Positions 44,412 to 54,638 of a DNA stretch of 64,000 bases are shown piece by piece. Under the pieces are notes generated by a model. That model was not told the DNA's origin. It was given only the letters and a program-made list of their open reading frames with translations, and made no database searches. The DNA lies in IMG/VR virus record IMGVR_UViG_3300045988_067813, positions 1,036 to 65,035 of that record; one strand, given 5' to 3'. Each line of letters starts with the position of its first letter. Positions within the stretch are counted from its first letter, which is position 1. The stretch comes from a virus. Position numbers and translations under genes: made by a program.

Positions 44412-47400
44412 TAAACATACCTCATCAATTTATCTACACCAAACATACCGTTTAGATATTGAGATTTATTATCAATATTTTGACTAATTTTGGCATTATT
44501 TGTGTTATATACATTGTTAATTATAGTTGATTTATTCATGGTTTGCAAGGCATTTACACCGTACTTGTTAAGGTTATTTAGGAAGTTAGTACCTAGACTA
44601 TCCACAGCCTTTTTACGAAGGACATACTCTCCAGGAGTAAGCATTGCTGGCACTGTGTCAGTACCTCTGCTCTTCCAACCTACTCCAAGACCTTGTGAAT
44701 GGTACTCAGGAATAATACCTCCAGTGCTAAATGCAGGAATAAATCCACGTTTTTGTTGTTTAGGCTTATTATTTCCCCCAGTAAATAACCCACTAATAAA
44801 GTCTCTAGCTGAGTTATAAGCATTTACAACTGCATCCCAAATACCTTTTAGAGCTTCTACAAAGCCATTTTTAGACTCTTCAACTTGATTAGTAGGTACG
44901 TTTTGCATAGGAACTTTTGCTTTATCAGACCCTTCTTGTAGTTTCTTGGCAGTAGAATCCATAGTACCACTAACATTATTGTAGAGTTCCTGACCATTAG
45001 TATCTAGCTTAGAAGTGTCCACAGAAGCAGGGTCATACCCTTTAAGGATTTCTTGAGCCTTCTCTAAAGGAATAGTACCATCTTTAACAAACTTACCTAC
45101 AATGTTGTATAGGTCTGTTGCAACTATTGAGTATTTCTCTTGAGGAGCTTCTTGTTGAGTCTCTTGTGCCACTTTCTCAATAGCATCTTTAAAGCTTGTA
45201 GCAGAACCATTTACAATCTTCTCTAGAATCTTGTTCTGTAAGTCCACACTGGTGATTCCCATCTTAGTAAGAACCTCTCTAGCTTTTTCTTCACTCTTCT
45301 TGATAGTACCAACAAAGGCATTCTTATCAGATAGAGTTGTATACAGATTTTCATACTCTTTAGAATTAAGGTCTAAACCATTAGAAATGAACTTACCTAT
45401 CTTAAGATTTACAGTTTTACCAAGCTCTTCTAACTTTTCTCTGAACTCTGCTACTTTATGACTTCTTTGTTCAGCAGTAACATTATGAGTCATAAGGTTT
45501 GTACTATGAAGGTCTTTAAGGTACTTATCTAGTTCCTCACCATTCATAGAACCTAGTTTTTTAGCAGTATCCTCACTAATAACTCCTCCATGATTCTCAG
45601 CTTCTTTCTTAATAGCATCAATCTTAGAAGTATTTTCCTCTTTGGCTGATTTACCTAGAGTAGTAGAACCGTTTCTAAGGTTAGTTGCTAACTCTTTTAG
45701 TTGTTCTAGGGTGTACCCTCTGATACCTTCTATATTTAGTCCAACCTCTTCTAAAGAACTTAAGATGGCATTTTTCTGGTCTTCATTATTTGCAAAGTTA
45801 GAACCTTCCAATGAAGAAGAAAGCTTAGAATCCAATGCTGAAATATCTCCAAATGTAGGAGTGCTATCTTCTTTATAAGACAAGCCTAGTTTAGCTAAAT
45901 TATCCTTATAAGATTGTAGGTTTCTATTCCTACGAGCTTGTTCTCCTTTGGTAAGTGTGTTCACAGTTTCAATCACAGTACCTGCTTCATCTTTAAATTC
46001 TACAAAAGGTCTACCCAATGCAGAATAAAGCTGTTCAATGGTAGCTAAAAGTTTCTCATCAGATAACCCTGTTTGAGACTTAAGGTCAGCCCACTTCACA
46101 AGTTTACCATTCAACTCTACAAAGTAATTCTCAATACCTTTAGGAACTGCTTGTGTATTAAGACCCACAGAACGCTTACCTGTATTCAAGTCACCATTAG
46201 ATAGAGTTGTAAGTGAATCCACAAAAGCTGATGCTAGTTGGAGACCATTCTCACCATTACCTAACTGTGCAAAGAAATTACCTTGAACCTCTGATACTTG
46301 CTTACCAAGGTCTTTAATATAAGCTAAAGCTTGTTCTCCTTGCTCTTTCTTGAGTTGTTGAGCTTCTTTGTCTGCTTCTTTTTGTAGAGCTTGTTGTTCT
46401 TTTCTTCTGTTGTAGTTACCCCACAAGCTTGTTCCAAGACCAATAGCTCCTCCAATAATAGCTCCAGGTACTCCTCCTAACATAGCCCCAGTACCAGCCC
46501 AAGTAGCTGTACTTGCCACAGCATCACTAAGGTCTTTCCAACCTTGCCCTACATTTGAGTTTTGAATACCTGTGTTTACAGCATCTAGCACTAGGCTTCC
46601 TCCAAGAGTAGCCACACCTTTAGCAACAGAAGCTATCTTAGGAATGTATTTACCAAACTTGATGAACCCTGCTCCAATAGCTGAAACTCCTGCTGTGAAC
46701 TTGTTGATTGCTGTAGGTTTAGGGATAGCTGATACAGACTGATTATAAGCAACAACACTGTCTAAGAAAGCATTCTTAACTCCTTGTTTAAACCCTACAC
46801 CTTTACCTTTAGGTGCACCTTGTACTGGTGCTCCTGGAACTCCTCCACCAAAGTTACCTCCTAACCCTAGTGGATTGATTCTACCATTAGTAGCAGAAGC
46901 CATAGCAGTAGCCACAGTAGTTAATGAGGTAATGATACCAGTAGCCCAAGAGACAAACTTAGTACCAATATAACCCAATACAATGTACTTACCTACTCCA
47001 CCAAGTAGAGTGGCAATACCTGATGTTACATTGACTACTAGTGTTAGGAAATCTAGGATTTTCTTAAGACCACCCTCTACTGAACCACCAATAGCCACAA
47101 TAGTTTGCTTTATAGCATTGGTTACAGCTTTTACAAAATTCTCCACAGCTTTGAAGAAGGATTTTGCACTAGAAGATGATAGGGCAGAAATGATACCTTT
47201 ACCTAATTCTGTTAGAATAGGTTTAAGGTGCTCTATAATACCCACCAGAGCTTCTCTAAGGCTGTCTACAGCTCTATTAAATGCTCCTTGGTCAAATGTA
47301 CTGATTCCAGTTATAATGTCTCCTAGAGCCTTTAGAGCTGTTTTAAGCACAATAGCAAAATTACTAATTAGATTAGTCTTAGTTGCTACAGTATCCACAA

Positions 47401-49201
47401 AGGTAATAACTGATTTGGCTAGTGTACTGATTCCCTCAAATACACCTTTTATATCTTGAGGATTGATTGACTTAACAATATTATTAAGGGTTTTAGAAAG
47501 CTCATCATAGATAGATACTACTTGTTTTACAGCTTCTGATTTAACAGCTAACTTAGCCAAGTTATTGTATACATCTACATACTGTGAAAGTACCTTGAGA
47601 ACTTGTGCATTGATAGCCTGTGTTGTTAATTTAGAGATACTGCTCAAGAAATCTGATGCACTATGAACAATGTCTTTAGTGAACTTACCAAACTCTGTAC
47701 CTGAATTTTTCAACACAGTGAGCATGTCTTTTGTGATATTGAAGAATCTGTTACCTACGTCAAGACCTTTTACACCTTCTTTAAAGTCACTAGCAAACTT
47801 CTCAATACCTTTAAGGATTTGGCTTCCAAAGGCTAACTTCCAAGCTGAACCAAATTGGTTTACTTGTTGGATTGTTCCTCCAATAGCATCACCAAGTTTA
47901 GTAACATATACTTTAAATTTATCTGTACCTACAATTTCTGTGATACCTTTAATAAAGTCACGAGTAGCAACGTATACTTGGTTTAGTGCTCCTGGTTTAG
48001 CATTACCCTCTTCATCAATCTCATCAAATACAAGAAGGTTAGATAGGGTTTCCTTAAAGTTAGCAATAGCTTGTCTAGGAGTAACAATAGAGGTAACTAG
48101 GTTTTGAAATATATCTTGATTCCCTAGTTTGTTTACTGCATCTAGATATTCATTGGCTGTAATCAACTTCTTACGAGTTGCATCAGTGATAGAATCCTCA
48201 CCTTTAGACTTGGCAATCTTAAGAAGCTCCTCATTCAATTTAGAAGCTCCTAGAGCTGATAGACGTTCACGAATGAAACGGTAGTCACCTTGGTTTAGAT
48301 AACCATTGGCAAGCATTTGAGAGGTCTGTGTGGTAACTGTTTTCATACCTTGAACTGGGTTCTTAGTCTGAGCTAGTAAACCTGCATAACCTCTAACAAT
48401 ATCCTCAGCATCTTTACGTCCATAGGCAGTATAAGTAGAAGCTTGTTCTAAGAGGTCAGTAGCATCAAACACAGAAGCCTTACCATAGTCACCCAGACGT
48501 TTAATGGATTTATTTGTCTCTTTCTCACTAAACCCTAGAGCTTCCATGTTGATTCTATAAACCTGTATGGCATCACCAAGGTTATTGGCTTCATCTTTAA
48601 GCTGACCAACACCACTCTTCACAGCACCTAGTGTACCTTGAATAGCATTACCTAAAGCACCAGTTACCTTGTTCCCTACTAAGCCCATGATATTGTTCTG
48701 AATACCCATCACAGTAGAGTTAACCTTATTAAACACAGAGAGTAGCCCTTTTGCTGGGTTTACTGCTCCTAGCTTAATCATTTGTGATGACAATCCCATT
48801 GTAGAGGTTGTAACATCTTGAACAGCTTTATGAAGGTTTCTCCATGATTGGTAGTCTTGGTCACGGACTTTTACATATTCAGCTACTTTCTCTTTAGGTC
48901 TAGTTACTTGGGTTTTATCAACAGAGATTACACTAGAATCTGTAGTCTTTCCCTTTGTACTTCTAACATTGATTGGGATATTCTCAATTTGTTTTTTAAG
49001 GGATAGAAAGTCTCTAAGAGCTTTATCTGTATTAAGATTCAAGTTAACATTAAAAGAGAGCGGAGAAGTATTCTTTCCGCCCATCTTTTTTAGTTTCTTC
49101 TCAAAGTCTAACACAGAATCCCTAAGAGCTGACACAGACTTCTGGGCTTTTTCAATTTCCTTTAAACCTGTAATATCAACCTTAATGGTTCTAATTGTCA
49201 T
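44411..49201 (-). CDS. tail tape measure protein (1596 aa)
   Basis: Size, alpha-helical low-complexity sequence, central Gly-rich hydrophobic segments (GGVPGAIIGGAIGLGTSLWG), and position between the tube and Dit genes. RBS is aggagaaaagtATG. Confidence 0.85.
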   Translation of the reverse strand: MTIRTIKVDITGLKEIEKAQKSVSALRDSVLDFEKKLKKMGGKNTSPLSFNVNLNLNTDKALRDFLSLKKQIENIPINVRSTKGKTTDSSVISVDKTQVTRPKEKVAEYVKVRDQDYQSWRNLHKAVQDVTTSTMGLSSQMIKLGAVNPAKGLLSVFNKVNSTVMGIQNNIMGLVGNKVTGALGNAIQGTLGAVKSGVGQLKDEANNLGDAIQVYRINMEALGFSEKETNKSIKRLGDYGKASVFDATDLLEQASTYTAYGRKDAEDIVRGYAGLLAQTKNPVQGMKTVTTQTSQMLANGYLNQGDYRFIRERLSALGASKLNEELLKIAKSKGEDSITDATRKKLITANEYLDAVNKLGNQDIFQNLVTSIVTPRQAIANFKETLSNLLVFDEIDEEGNAKPGALNQVYVATRDFIKGITEIVGTDKFKVYVTKLGDAIGGTIQQVNQFGSAWKLAFGSQILKGIEKFASDFKEGVKGLDVGNRFFNITKDMLTVLKNSGTEFGKFTKDIVHSASDFLSSISKLTTQAINAQVLKVLSQYVDVYNNLAKLAVKSEAVKQVVSIYDELSKTLNNIVKSINPQDIKGVFEGISTLAKSVITFVDTVATKTNLISNFAIVLKTALKALGDIITGISTFDQGAFNRAVDSLREALVGIIEHLKPILTELGKGIISALSSSSAKSFFKAVENFVKAVTNAIKQTIVAIGGSVEGGLKKILDFLTLVVNVTSGIATLLGGVGKYIVLGYIGTKFVSWATGIITSLTTVATAMASATNGRINPLGLGGNFGGGVPGAPVQGAPKGKGVGFKQGVKNAFLDSVVAYNQSVSAIPKPTAINKFTAGVSAIGAGFIKFGKYIPKIASVAKGVATLGGSLVLDAVNTGIQNSNVGQGWKDLSDAVASTATWAGTGAMLGGVPGAIIGGAIGLGTSLWGNYNRRKEQQALQKEADKEAQQLKKEQGEQALAYIKDLGKQVSEVQGNFFAQLGNGENGLQLASAFVDSLTTLSNGDLNTGKRSVGLNTQAVPKGIENYFVELNGKLVKWADLKSQTGLSDEKLLATIEQLYSALGRPFVEFKDEAGTVIETVNTLTKGEQARRNRNLQSYKDNLAKLGLSYKEDSTPTFGDISALDSKLSSSLEGSNFANNEDQKNAILSSLEEVGLNIEGIRGYTLEQLKELATNLRNGSTTLGKSAKEENTSKIDAIKKEAENHGGVISEDTAKKLGSMNGEELDKYLKDLHSTNLMTHNVTAEQRSHKVAEFREKLEELGKTVNLKIGKFISNGLDLNSKEYENLYTTLSDKNAFVGTIKKSEEKAREVLTKMGITSVDLQNKILEKIVNGSATSFKDAIEKVAQETQQEAPQEKYSIVATDLYNIVGKFVKDGTIPLEKAQEILKGYDPASVDTSKLDTNGQELYNNVSGTMDSTAKKLQEGSDKAKVPMQNVPTNQVEESKNGFVEALKGIWDAVVNAYNSARDFISGLFTGGNNKPKQQKRGFIPAFSTGGIIPEYHSQGLGVGWKSRGTDTVPAMLTPGEYVLRKKAVDSLGTNFLNNLNKYGVNALQTMNKSTIINNVYNTNNAKISQNIDNKSQYLNGMFGVDKLMRYV

Positions 49202-49216
49202 ACTTTTCTCCTATGG

Positions 49217-50572
49217 TTACGCTACGTCCTCAACGTTTCTACGGATTTCATAGAAGTTACCATTTTCATCACGAGACACAGTAAATGTAAGTGACAAGGT
49301 AATTTCACCTTCCGTACCAAACTCACGAGAGTTTTCAGTAATAAGGACATTGTTGAATACATAGTATTCTTTAATTCCACGAGTGTTTTCAACTTCTTGA
49401 ATAACACGGAAGTGAGTGTTACGGAGACGTTTGTCATTAGCAACAATCAATTCTACATCACGTTCACCATTGTAAGTAACCAACAATTTCTCACCAATGT
49501 ACATTGGGTTTACTAGCACAGTACCACGGTCATATCCATGATATTGTTGTGTCATAGCAATGAACTCATCATCTTCAAGCTCAATACCTGGAGACATTGG
49601 CATACTAGACAAGTAAGTACATGCACAACGGTCTGATGAAACTGTGATTGTGTTACAATCTTCGTAGTAAAGGTCAGGAATCAACAATGAGCCATAACGT
49701 TTACCATCTACAGTGATTTCTTCAACAGTGAAGCTATCTGTCACAGGAACACCACTGGTCATTTTCTTAGACATAGATTGAAGTGGGTTCAACCAGTAGT
49801 CATTACATGAAGTAGTAGTTGCTGTAATTTCTTTAGTAATCTCAACTTGAGCTTTATCATATTGACGACCAAAGCAACGAGCATCAGTGGCAGGCACAGA
49901 GACGTTATGTGTGAATGAAGTCAAACATGAAAGCAATACATTAGAGAACTTACGAAGCTCAGAACGGTCATTCACAATAGCTGGTGAAGAGAATCCAATG
50001 TGACCTGTAAGAGCATCATCTCCCTTATAAGTTACCTCATAAGTTACAACAACACCGTGGTCAGTAGGTTTCCAACCTGTACCTGTCTGAGTCATTACTC
50101 TTGAATCTGCAAAGTCCACAGTACGAAGAACGTAACCTGGAGCTGATGTATTGAATGTGTAAGTGTACACATAAGAGTTTGTTTGAGCTACATCTTTAAA
50201 GTCAGATACAATAGCTTTAAACTCATATTTACCAGCTTTTGGTAATTTCAAGTATACCATGTTGAACCCTAGAGCAAAGTCATCAGCATCAGAACGAACT
50301 TGGAACTTAGCAGAAGCCTTCTTATCAGCAGGGTTTACATACAAAGTACCAGTGTTCAAACACTTAATAGGGTTACAGTTGATTTGGTCTTCTGGCACAT
50401 CTTTACGGACATAGCTCACAAGAGTTCCTGCTGGAATCTGAATTTGTTTGCTTGTTTTCCAACGTACACAAGGACGAATCTCTTCTGTGATAGATACAAT
50501 GATTTTAGCATCTTTATCTTGTGTGTTGTAACCGTACATAGGGTGTGACATATCTACAAAACAGTTAGACAT
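49217..50572 (-). CDS. major tail (tube) protein candidate, unusually large (451 aa)
   Basis: Directly upstream of the tape measure. Codon usage (CGT, GGT and C-ending codons) matches that of the capsid gene, which suggests high expression. No motif recognised. Confidence 0.4.
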   Translation of the reverse strand: MSNCFVDMSHPMYGYNTQDKDAKIIVSITEEIRPCVRWKTSKQIQIPAGTLVSYVRKDVPEDQINCNPIKCLNTGTLYVNPADKKASAKFQVRSDADDFALGFNMVYLKLPKAGKYEFKAIVSDFKDVAQTNSYVYTYTFNTSAPGYVLRTVDFADSRVMTQTGTGWKPTDHGVVVTYEVTYKGDDALTGHIGFSSPAIVNDRSELRKFSNVLLSCLTSFTHNVSVPATDARCFGRQYDKAQVEITKEITATTTSCNDYWLNPLQSMSKKMTSGVPVTDSFTVEEITVDGKRYGSLLIPDLYYEDCNTITVSSDRCACTYLSSMPMSPGIELEDDEFIAMTQQYHGYDRGTVLVNPMYIGEKLLVTYNGERDVELIVANDKRLRNTHFRVIQEVENTRGIKEYYVFNNVLITENSREFGTEGEITLSLTFTVSRDENGNFYEIRRNVEDVA

Positions 50573-50797
50573 CTATTTCTCCTTTTTGTCTTGGTTTACA
50601 TTTGGTTTTACAGGAGCAGTTTCTTCCTTAACTACAGGCTTAACTGTTTCCTGAACTTGCTTTTTTGAGCTTTCATCTACCATGTGTTCTCTCACACGAG
50701 CAATAGCTTGAAGCTCTAATTTTCCACCATGACGGTTAGCAATCTCATTACGAGACATAAAGAACTCATCAAGGTTTAATGGTTGTTCTACAGCCAT
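50573..50797 (-). CDS. hypothetical small protein
   Basis: 74-aa ORF with a lysine/glutamate-rich tail. Confidence 0.4.
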   Translation of the reverse strand: MAVEQPLNLDEFFMSRNEIANRHGGKLELQAIARVREHMVDESSKKQVQETVKPVVKEETAPVKPNVNQDKKEK

Positions 50798-50807
50798 CTC
50801 TTTCTCC

Positions 50808-51380
50808 TTATAAACATGTGAATATTGAGAGCGTTGCAGGGAATGAGAACATTTCTACCTCATCTACTAACTCATTAGAGAAGTCCTCTGGACAACCAAT
50901 GTCTTGAACTTGCACACGGATTGGTAAGTACCAACCATCTAATGAAGCTACATCTTGAGCGAATGTCTTTCTCTGAATACCTCTCGGTGTTTTAACTTGG
51001 TGAACCAACATATTCTTAAGTTGGCAATGTACTTCTTCTCTATACTCTAGTTTACCCTCTGGGGTGTTCTCAATACAAACCTTACCAGTAGGAGGTGTAA
51101 CTGGAGAGTAGTACACAGAGAAGTTTACATATACCTTAGAGAAACACTTAGCACTATTATCACAAGTAATATCAATGGCTAGGAATGGGAACTCCACACC
51201 TTGATTTAGTTGGAAATGCTCAGACGTTCCTACATGTTGGTTAAATTGTACGTCAAAGTTATCATAACGTTTTCTTGGGTCTAGCTCATCTATATGGTCT
51301 GGTTGAATGAAGTAGTCAAGCACATCAGCACCATACATTTGTAGCCATTTTTTAATGTTGATATACACAGCACTAATCAT
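50808..51380 (-). CDS. tail completion/terminator-like protein (positional)
   Basis: 190-aa ORF in the head-tail joining block. Confidence 0.35.
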   Translation of the reverse strand: MISAVYINIKKWLQMYGADVLDYFIQPDHIDELDPRKRYDNFDVQFNQHVGTSEHFQLNQGVEFPFLAIDITCDNSAKCFSKVYVNFSVYYSPVTPPTGKVCIENTPEGKLEYREEVHCQLKNMLVHQVKTPRGIQRKTFAQDVASLDGWYLPIRVQVQDIGCPEDFSNELVDEVEMFSFPATLSIFTCL

Positions 51381-51859
51381 TTAGCTAATCTCCCTGGTAT
51401 CTTAACTGTGCCCTTACTTCCCTGTGCATACAGATAATTTCTTCCTGGAGCTGTGTCCTTAGAAGTGTAATGAGCTGTTCCTGAACCTCTTCTCCCTGAT
51501 GGTCTTTGAGCTTTATATATACCATAGAATCCACTAGTTGAGTCCACAAGGTTATCACTATCACCTACAGTATCAAAAGCTGTAAAGATAAAAGGGAAAG
51601 CAGGGTTGTACTTGTAACCCTTAAACATATAAGTATTTACATAGTACCGTTCTTTTCCTCTCTTAGTTGGAGGATAATCATTTCTATCAGCATACACAGA
51701 GAAGCCATCACCAATCTTCTTCATCTTGATTGAACGAACCATACGACCTGTTCTCACAGAGCCTATAGCCTTGGCTTCTAGCATACCTGTCACAGTAAAG
51801 TCTACAAACTCTTTTGCAAACTCTATCCCTTTCCAGTCATGAATATCAATCGTGGTCAC
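51377..51859 (-). CDS. head-tail joining protein (positional)
   Basis: 160-aa ORF. GTG start preceded by GGGGGTGA. Overlaps its neighbours. Confidence 0.35.
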   Translation of the reverse strand: MTTIDIHDWKGIEFAKEFVDFTVTGMLEAKAIGSVRTGRMVRSIKMKKIGDGFSVYADRNDYPPTKRGKERYYVNTYMFKGYKYNPAFPFIFTAFDTVGDSDNLVDSTSGFYGIYKAQRPSGRRGSGTAHYTSKDTAPGRNYLYAQGSKGTVKIPGRLAK

Positions 51860-52346
51860 GAGTAATCACCCCCTGTAGTTGTTTTACATAAGGTTTACAC
51901 TCTAAGAGTAGCTGTTCACTTTCACGTCCAGCAAGTCTCTCACCAGTTAATTTCACATCCCAGCAACCAGGAAGAATCTCATACGTTCTACTAGCTACCA
52001 CTTTCCAAAATAGATAACCAGCATCTTCTGGGCAACTAAATCTGTTACACCTTGTAGAAATTCTCTGTAATATGTAATACCCATGCTTAATGTCAAAGTC
52101 ACAAGCATGAGATTGATTATGTAATGAAAAATAAAATGTTTCTAGCTGTCTTGAAGTCTCTAAGCCATGCGTTGTTGTAGCATCACTCTCAGCACCTCTT
52201 GACGTTGGCATGTGGTCTACACACTTTAAATGCTCCACTTCTTCCCATAAACACTTCATTACTTGCCTACTATTCTCATCATAAGTGGGAGTAGCAGTAC
52301 CTTGTCTTAACACAAGGATTTCCTTATTATTCCAAGGGAGAGCCAT
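51846..52346 (-). CDS. head-tail joining protein (positional)
   Basis: 166-aa ORF in the connector block. Confidence 0.35.
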   Translation of the reverse strand: MALPWNNKEILVLRQGTATPTYDENSRQVMKCLWEEVEHLKCVDHMPTSRGAESDATTTHGLETSRQLETFYFSLHNQSHACDFDIKHGYYILQRISTRCNRFSCPEDAGYLFWKVVASRTYEILPGCWDVKLTGERLAGRESEQLLLECKPYVKQLQGVITRDHD

Positions 52347-52356
52347 GATAACCTCC

Positions 52357-52659
52357 TTATAGGGTCATCTCATTGTCCGTATTGGTATATGTACTCTCCA
52401 TGTTATCTGGAACTTCCTCAAATTGGTTGCGAATATTTCCATCTTTGTCTGTGTATTTTAGGTTTTTCAAATACTTACCTAGAATATCGTCTACTGGATA
52501 TACCTTATCTTTTTCAAAGATATAAAGACGACCACTATAATAAGTACGATACACAGTCTTATAAGTCTCCACACCATTGATTGAACGTCCAGTACCACAC
52601 TTTGAACAGCCATAAGAGCGTGACTCTCTAGCATATTCACCATTATATCTTACTAACAT
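52357..52659 (-). CDS. hypothetical small protein with CxxC
   Basis: 100-aa ORF containing CSKCGTG. Confidence 0.4.
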   Translation of the reverse strand: MLVRYNGEYARESRSYGCSKCGTGRSINGVETYKTVYRTYYSGRLYIFEKDKVYPVDDILGKYLKNLKYTDKDGNIRNQFEEVPDNMESTYTNTDNEMTL

Positions 52660-53438
52660 TCTTTCCTTCTTCCAATGGTCAAATACATATTATCTGTGTA
52701 AACCCTCTTACACAGTGATAGTGAACTTAACGTTTGTAATGCCCATGTATTTATGAGCTTCACATAATACCTATCAATACTTGTTTGGTCTACCGTCCAT
52801 TCTCGTACAATATAGTCTACTGATTTCTGCTTAAGCACAGCTCCTACAGCCAATCTATCCATATTAGCACACTCATCTAAAGTACCACAGTCATTCTGAT
52901 AGGCAATAAAGATATTTAGGAAGTGACACATTGCATCATACACACAATCAGGTAGAGTTTCAGAGGTATACCCAGCTTCATAGTCAAGCACAAGTTTATA
53001 CTCAGCTTCACACGAACAAGGGTCACAGCATTTACAGCAAGGACTTAGCTCATCAGTTACATTCACAAGGATTGTACCATCTACAAAAGACCAATTCCAT
53101 TTATCTGTATCTAGCTCATACTCTTCACGCTCAAGACCTTTTCTCTTGTGCATATACACCTTAAGTGTGGTAGGGTCAAAACCTTTCCAATAGTAAGGCT
53201 TAACCTCCACCATAGCATCACACCCACAGAGGTGAAAACTCGTGAGTGGAATTACTTCATGTCTTAAGGCTCTTAGTATTGTCGAACATTCACCATCAGT
53301 CCAACAGAGCAATCTAGCAAGGACACGGAGAAAGCTCTCCATGTACCTTTGCATAGTTGCACCATCATCACAGTCAAAACAACCACAACGTTCTTGAAGA
53401 TTTTGAGTAATCTTGATTAGTTCAAGAGCTGGTTGCAT
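52653..53438 (-). CDS. Cys-rich head-tail connector candidate
   Basis: First gene after the capsid gene. Contains RCGCFDCDD, LLCWTDGEC, LCGCD and SPCCKCCDPCSCE. Confidence 0.4.
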   Translation of the reverse strand: MQPALELIKITQNLQERCGCFDCDDGATMQRYMESFLRVLARLLCWTDGECSTILRALRHEVIPLTSFHLCGCDAMVEVKPYYWKGFDPTTLKVYMHKRKGLEREEYELDTDKWNWSFVDGTILVNVTDELSPCCKCCDPCSCEAEYKLVLDYEAGYTSETLPDCVYDAMCHFLNIFIAYQNDCGTLDECANMDRLAVGAVLKQKSVDYIVREWTVDQTSIDRYYVKLINTWALQTLSSLSLCKRVYTDNMYLTIGRRKEC

Positions 53439-53449
53439 AACTTATCTCC

Positions 53450-54637
53450 TTATTTAGCAGGGATTGTAGCCATTGGGAATGGGTTAAGACCTGTAAGAAG
53501 ACCTTGGATACGTTCAAATACCACAGCAGGGCAAGTTTGCTCAAGAGGAATGTTTGCCACAAGAAGGTGAGAGATATGTGAGTTAGTGTGTACCAAACCG
53601 AAGTTTTCATACTTGTCACAGATTACTTCACACCCTGGTTTTGAAACATCTTCTGTACGAACTGTGTGGATTGAAGATTGAGGTACGAACAAGTCGTATT
53701 GAGTCAATGCTTCTACACGAGCCAAGTCAATTACATAGGCTTCACCAGTCATTGTTTGTTCAAGGTCATAAGGCAAGTGGTAAGATACACCGAATGGGAT
53801 ACCCTTGAATGAGATAGACTCACCATTCACAGACCAACCTTGAGGTAATTTACCATCTTTACCAGGTACAATTTCAGCTTTGATTCCACGAAGAGTTAGT
53901 GGGTGTACATAGATTTTGTAACGAGCTGATTGGTTATCCAATACATCTAGGTAGCAAGCTACTTGACGGAAAGCACCAATAACTGAACCAGAAGCATCAA
54001 TAGGAGTTACCCCTGGGTGAGACATCATTTCAGCCACACCAGCAAAAGGACGTAGACCTTGACCACTAAAGTTCAACATACCTTGAACGATATGACGTTG
54101 AACGATAAAGGCGAATGTGTACCATGCCATGAACTGTTCTGCTTCTTCATAAGACATACCCAAACGTTGGAAGATATTGATAAGGTCTCCTTGTTTGAAG
54201 TGCATCTTGTCTTTCATCAAGCGGTCAAGACGAGTTTCACAGTCTTTAAAACATAGGTAACGTACAGGAGTAGCATCACCAGTAGCTTGCATAGTGAATT
54301 TCTCAGTAAAACAGCAGGCATCAGAATTGTCATTAGCAAAGTCTGGAGCTTTTGTTCCCCAAGTAATTCCCTCGATAACCCAGTCACCGTTCTTAGCTTG
54401 TCTCAAAGCACCAAAACTTGATTGCTCAAAACGCTTAAGAATGTCGTTAACTAGTTCATCACCCATACCAACTTCTCTTAGTGAGGGTACTGCTTTAGAC
54501 CAGTCACGAGAGATACCGAATGGGATTTTACCATCTTCATTAGTGAAGTTTTCTTTAGTTGCTAGTTGGGCTTTAGTACGCTCATACAAGTTGTCAATAG
54601 CTTCACCCAACAAAATATCAAAATTAGTTGTACTCAC
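53450..54637 (-). CDS. major capsid protein candidate
   Basis: Follows the scaffold gene and has high-expression codon usage. The track start (TTG at 54667) overlaps the scaffold gene. GTG at 54637 sits 8 nt after a GGAGG RBS and 1 nt after the scaffold stop. Confidence 0.55.
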   Translation of the reverse strand: MSTTNFDILLGEAIDNLYERTKAQLATKENFTNEDGKIPFGISRDWSKAVPSLREVGMGDELVNDILKRFEQSSFGALRQAKNGDWVIEGITWGTKAPDFANDNSDACCFTEKFTMQATGDATPVRYLCFKDCETRLDRLMKDKMHFKQGDLINIFQRLGMSYEEAEQFMAWYTFAFIVQRHIVQGMLNFSGQGLRPFAGVAEMMSHPGVTPIDASGSVIGAFRQVACYLDVLDNQSARYKIYVHPLTLRGIKAEIVPGKDGKLPQGWSVNGESISFKGIPFGVSYHLPYDLEQTMTGEAYVIDLARVEALTQYDLFVPQSSIHTVRTEDVSKPGCEVICDKYENFGLVHTNSHISHLLVANIPLEQTCPAVVFERIQGLLTGLNPFPMATIPAK

Positions 54638-54638
54638 T

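Noticed and set aside
49217-50572. Tail sheath (myovirus) interpretation of the 451-aa protein.
   Set aside because: No tube gene follows it (the tape measure starts 15 nt downstream), and the downstream genes follow a Dit/Tal siphovirus-type order.
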